DNA from: Salpingoeca rosetta
Lineage: Eukaryota > Protista > Choanoflagellata
Direction of reading: 5' to 3'
Length of the DNA: 64,000 nucleotides
Assembly (NCBI GenBank): GCA_033442325.1
Contig: JAWQFM010000010.1
Coordinates: 1,099,537-1,163,536 of the forward strand
Below the pieces are notes generated by a model, which saw only the letters and a program-made list of their open reading frames with translations, did no database searches and was not told the origin of the DNA. The stretch's first letter is position 1; every line of letters starts with the position of its first letter. The position numbers and the translations under genes are program-made. This document shows positions 56,239-64,000 of the stretch, piece after piece.

Positions 56239-57429
56239 AGTACACATACATACACAAGCACATCGTGAGGTGCGTGTCTTTTGATGAATTGAGAGTGTCT
56301 CTAGTGCTGGCACTGCACCAGCAGCTTGTCACCCAAAACAGGTCAAGCCTGCCCTCGTTGTCATCCAACCATGAAGCACTTGCTCGCCCTCCTGTAGACC
56401 AAACTAGCGCAGTGGATCATCGGACCTTCACGTAGTCTGGGTTCTCGGACGGCGGCGGTGGCGGGAGACTTGACACGTCACCGCCCTCGTTGATGAACTT
56501 CTGCACCTTTCGCGCTGCGCGAATGTTTTGGATAAACTGCTTGTGCTTTTCCCGCCAGTCCTAAACAGTGAATACACGGATGGTTTTGGGCGGGGGGGGG
56601 GGGGTTGCATGGGGGTGAGATGGAGGCGCAGTGCAAGCATACAGCGAGACACGTGTGAACACACCTGCATGTTCAGATACACACACACATATACACAGGC
56701 AGGCATACACACAGACACAGGTACACACAGACACACACCGCTTTCTTCTTTGTGGATCCAACGGGTTTGTTCGAGTGCGAGGGTGGGTTCTTCTTGCGGG
56801 CTGGCGTGGGTGCCTTCTTCCCTTCTCCTTCTCCCACGCGTTGCTTGGAGCTCTCGAAGGTACCGCGCCGAGCTGCGTTGGCGGTGGTGCGCTGACAGAT
56901 TGGCGCATGCTTGGCCTGCAATCGCACCACCACCACAACCACAACCACAGCCACCAGCAGGGATCAGAAACAGTGAAGCAACGCGCATTGCACTCGTCAA
57001 ATACACACACACACATTTCCTCCAGGCAGATCTGCGCCCTCACAGCAAACAGCACACGCACGCACGCACGCACTCATACACACACACACTCACTCACTCA
57101 CTCACCAGTGCTTTGGGATTGAACGTGCGGTTGCAGGTGGGGCATGGCGAAAGCTGCACTTGCTCTACCGGTGGCTCGATCTGAAGCATTACCGTTAAAC
57201 ACACACACACACACATGCACACACACACACACAAGATAGTGGTTACGGAGAAGAAGAAGGTGCACGCGCGCGCAAGAGGCGATGACGGGGGGGGGAGGCA
57301 GCACGTGACGGTGCAGCAGTTGTGGCCCTGATGCAGATCAATCACAGAGGCACACGCACACACACACACACACGAACGCATGCAACAGCAGACCTGCTCA
57401 AAGTCGATCTCGCCGTTGTAGTCGCTCAT
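53715..57429 (-). CDS. ZC2HC1A: ZC2HC1A/FAM164-like C2HC zinc-finger protein, multi-exon
   Basis: CPTCNRTFNPKAL|AKHAPICQ...FESSKQR; WREKHKQFIQNIRAAR...PPPPPSENPDYVK|CPICSRRFNEDAAERHVKFCEEK; C-terminal ECGTRFMEQAKFCSMCGTRR*. The middle low-complexity exons are less certain. Confidence 0.88.
55376..55497. repeat. (AAC)n microsatellite punctuated by TTAA, intronic
   Basis: Read directly from the sequence; same motif as 48350-48591 in the opposite orientation. Confidence 0.9.
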
Positions 57430-57939
57430 CTTGGCAGCGCAGGGAGTGAATCAAGTGGCGGCACAGCAGTCCACAGTGCGCACGTTGATCAAGCCGGCTG
57501 GCAGTGCTGTGTGCGAGACAAACGAGGTCTTGAAGTGTCTTCCGTCGTCGTCAACCACACAGCAACAGACCGCCAAAGCAACAACACACAACAGACAGCC
57601 AACGTTCAGCTCGGGTGCGTCTGCATTCCCGGTGGCCCACTCACCGCTCCTGAGATTGCTCCCCACCACACACCCAATATTCTGCCTTTTGAAAAACGTG
57701 TCTGACCCAAATAAACATTTTTGCAACGACCCCGTCCTCCCCACCACACTGCACAACCCCTGCCCTCGCCCACCAACCCCTCCCCACTCCAACGATGGCA
57801 TCCATCCACACCACTCCCGATCAAATCTCTCCTGAAGACTTGGTCGATACCCTCGGTGCGCACTTGTCATCCCCACGTCTCTTGCCCACAACCAACAGCC
57901 TTCATGTGGTGTTCAAGTGTTCCCCTGCCTGGCTGTCCC

Positions 57940-58417
57940 NNNNNNNNNNNNNNNNNNNNNNNNNNNNNNNNNNNNNNNNNNNNNNNNNNNNNNNNNNNNN
58001 NNNNNNNNNNNNNNNNNNNNNNNNNNNNNNNNNNNNNNNNNNNNNNNNNNNNNNNNNNNNNNNNNNNNNNNNNNNNNNNNNNNNNNNNNNNNNNNNNNNN
58101 NNNNNNNNNNNNNNNNNNNNNNNNNNNNNNNNNNNNNNNNNNNNNNNNNNNNNNNNNNNNNNNNNNNNNNNNNNNNNNNNNNNNNNNNNNNNNNNNNNNN
58201 NNNNNNNNNNNNNNNNNNNNNNNNNNNNNNNNNNNNNNNNNNNNNNNNNNNNNNNNNNNNNNNNNNNNNNNNNNNNNNNNNNNNNNNNNNNNNNNNNNNN
58301 NNNNNNNNNNNNNNNNNNNNNNNNNNNNNNNNNNNNNNNNNNNNNNNNNNNNNNNNNNNNNNNNNNNNNNNNNNNNNNNNNNNNNNNNNNNNNNNNNNNN
58401 NNNNNNNNNNNNNNNNN
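57940..58417. other. Assembly gap
   Basis: Run of N. Confidence 1.
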
Positions 58418-58760
58418 CTTGTGCGTGCGTGTGTGTGTGTTTGCGCTCGTGTGTGCTCACGCCACTTGTCGGCGATTTCACTAGACATGAAACCTTTCGA
58501 GTGCCCAGCGTCTGGCTGTAGCGTCCGCTTCACTCGTTTCGGGTCAGGCAAGCGTCACATCTGCACGTCGCACAAAGGTGCTGACGTTGCGGACCTTCTG
58601 CAAACGTTCAAGAAGAACAGCAAAGAGGTTGCCATTGTGTACCCATGCCCCGAGAACACATGTACCCAGACCTTCAGCAGCAGACAGGCGCTCTCCAGGC
58701 ACCAACTACGCGACCACGGAAAACAGAAGGTCAGAATCTGGTGGTGATTGTACACGCTTG

Positions 58761-58810
<50 letters not shown>

Positions 58811-59001
58811 ATGCGTGCGTGTGTCTGCGCTCTTTTGTGTGTGTATGTGCGTGTGTTGCTCACCAGCGGCGCTCTGCCCCATATGCCAGGCGCGTGGTCA
58901 TTTTCAGTGCCGGAGCGGTTGCGCAGATGCTGCGTTTTGTACCGCGAAGGAACTCATGCAGCATGTTATCACGGATCACGACGCCTCATGTGAGTATTTG
59001 A

Positions 59002-59439
<438 letters not shown>

Positions 59440-59441
59440 CC

Positions 59442-59561
59442 NNNNNNNNNNNNNNNNNNNNNNNNNNNNNNNNNNNNNNNNNNNNNNNNNNNNNNNNNNN
59501 NNNNNNNNNNNNNNNNNNNNNNNNNNNNNNNNNNNNNNNNNNNNNNNNNNNNNNNNNNNNN
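59442..59561. other. Assembly gap
   Basis: Run of N. Confidence 1.
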
Positions 59562-59638
59562 GTGTCTGTGTGTGTGTGTGAGTGCGCGCAGTGAGTGGGT
59601 GAGTGAGTGAACGAGTGTGCGTGTGTGTTTTTGTGTGA

Positions 59639-60124
<486 letters not shown>

Positions 60125-60348
60125 TGATGTGCACCGCCTTGCAACACATGGGGCACTCTGTTGTCTCGTGTCGTGTTGGCGTGTCAATACTGCAGTGTGT
60201 CGCCAGCCTTGTGCACGTGGCTAATGGTAAGCGTCTCGTCATCACTTCCCATGCATGCTTGTTCTGTGTTTCCTTAGGAGTGTGGGCATCGTGGCATTTT
60301 TCTTGACTCAACACATGGCACAAACATGTACGACCACCCGTTGATTAG

Positions 60349-60576
<228 letters not shown>

Positions 60577-60663
60577 TGAGAGGTCGTGTACCGCTTGCGC
60601 GACGCCGTGTGTGTGTGTGTGTGTATGTGTGTGTGTGTGTGTGTGTGGCTCCGTGTATGTGTG

Positions 60664-60702
<39 letters not shown>

Positions 60703-60720
60703 CTCTGTGTGCGGGAAAGC

Positions 60721-60886
60721 NNNNNNNNNNNNNNNNNNNNNNNNNNNNNNNNNNNNNNNNNNNNNNNNNNNNNNNNNNNNNNNNNNNNNNNNNNNNNNNN
60801 NNNNNNNNNNNNNNNNNNNNNNNNNNNNNNNNNNNNNNNNNNNNNNNNNNNNNNNNNNNNNNNNNNNNNNNNNNNNNNNNNNNNNN
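60721..60886. other. Assembly gap
   Basis: Run of N. Confidence 1.
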
Positions 60887-60955
60887 TGTGTCTGTGTGTG
60901 TGTATGTGTGTCTCCGTGTCTGCGTGTGTGTGTGTGTGTGTGTGGCTCCGTGTAA

Positions 60956-62273
<1,318 letters not shown>

Positions 62274-62558
62274 TGACTGAGTGACAGAGAGTGACAGAGG
62301 GTGACAGAGAGCGAGTGTGTGTGTGTGTGTGTATGTGCTAGTGAGTGAGTTGAGAGAGAAAGAGATGCGCACACGCTCGGGCAGACAGACTCACACACGC
62401 ACGCACACACACACATATCCACTCCTGCGTACTCACACGATCATCCGTGCATTGCTGGCCGAACAGGGCGAACCAAAGATCGCGTGAAACAGCTCATGCG
62501 CACCATGTCGCGGCAGCTGGACGAAATCACAGAATACCCCTCGGGGATTGGTCGTTGA

Positions 62559-63192
<634 letters not shown>

Positions 63193-63375
63193 TAGCTTGC
63201 CCACTTTGCCACATGTACCTTGCCTACTTCTCCAGCGCGTTGTTCAAGTCCAAGCTGTTGGGGTGTGTTTCTACGACCAGGTGCGCCACTCGCTGTCTCC
63301 CTCCTGCAGTCGCTGATGGCACCCACGAGCAGCAAGCCCTCAAAACATCAAGCAGATGAGCAGGAACCAGAGAAC

Positions 63376-63376
<1 letters not shown>

Positions 63377-63413
<37 letters not shown>

Positions 63414-63650
63414 GGTGCCTCAACAACAACAACAACAACAACAACAACCACAACAACAGCAGCAGCAGCAGCAACAACAACAACAACAACAACAGGTGCC
63501 TCAACAACAACAACAGCAACAGGTGCCTCAACAACAACAACAGCAACAGGTGCCTCAACAACAACAACAACAACAGGTGCCTCAACAACAACAACACCAC
63601 CCAACAACAACAACAACAACAACAACAACAACTACAACAACCTCAACACA
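63377..63650. repeat. (CAA)n minisatellite with recurring CAGGTGCCT units
   Basis: Five CAGGTGCCT units embedded in CAA runs, downstream of the transposase. Confidence 0.9.
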
Positions 63651-64000
63651 AACCGCACAAGGTGCTAGTATACTACATAAAACATGAGCAACAACCAAGA
63701 GTCCTAGAATTCCGCCGACACAAGCAGAGCATGATACAAAACCAACACCGAAATGACGGAGAGGATAGACATACAAACCATCACACACTTCACACCCACG
63801 CAACGCGAACAAAACTACATTAAAGTAAGGATAAAAATCGAGATCAGTGTTCGCCGACCCCCCCCCCCCCACACACGATAAGGGAGGGGGGGAGGCTTAG
63901 GTTCGTGCTCGCTCTTTACTTACTCTCTATTCAAATCAACAAACCACAGTTCAGGTGGCGGGTAAGGATGAATGGCTAGAAGTTAGAAATGAAAACCCAT

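Noticed and set aside
63377-63650. CRISPR-like array with CAGGTGCCT repeats
   Set aside because: The spacers are plain CAA runs, the repeat is only 9 bp, there are no cas genes and the context is eukaryotic.
63220-63687. Poly-Gln ORF as a second transposon gene or cargo
   Set aside because: It is a translation of the CAA minisatellite, has no ATG start and shows no recognisable domain.
63690-64000. Fanzor/TnpB or guide RNA associated with the MULE (C-run/G-run hairpin at about 63858-63892)
   Set aside because: No RuvC-like ORF is visible, and the hairpin is only homopolymer pairing.

Overview
Eukaryotic, intron-rich genomic DNA whose introns and intergenic regions are full of (CA)n/(GT)n and similar microsatellites. 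Gene content and sequence style suggest a choanoflagellate such as Salpingoeca rosetta (inference). Most entries in the ORF track are microsatellite artefacts. Splicing by hand at GT/GC-AG boundaries gives 12 cellular genes: TMEM184 (-), GGA (+), COX6B (+), PP2A catalytic subunit (+), a GAS2-like protein of about 1,600 aa with two CH-GAR modules (-), RAD5/HLTF (+), CDC25 (+), an FN3 single-pass membrane protein (-), a GT32 glycosyltransferase (-), an arylsulfatase B-like enzyme with a PAN/Apple-like insert (+), an orphan protein with a C-terminal J domain (-), and ZC2HC1A (-). The window ends with an intron-containing Mutator-like (MULE) transposase that carries two apparent lesions and spans three assembly gaps. 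The most notable observations are: (1) an intron-like segment that starts 10 nt after the GT32 stop codon and splices in frame to the FN3 gene start, suggesting a dicistronic or readthrough unit inside a GT32/sulfatase/membrane-protein cluster; (2) a recurring polarity of GU repeats at intron 5' ends and CA repeats at 3' ends, often with no polypyrimidine tract; (3) the double CH-GAR cytolinker; (4) a structured unique insert inside a (GT)n intron; (5) a GC-AG intron that splits the sulfatase active-site motif. Exon coordinates were derived by hand and may be off by a few bases.
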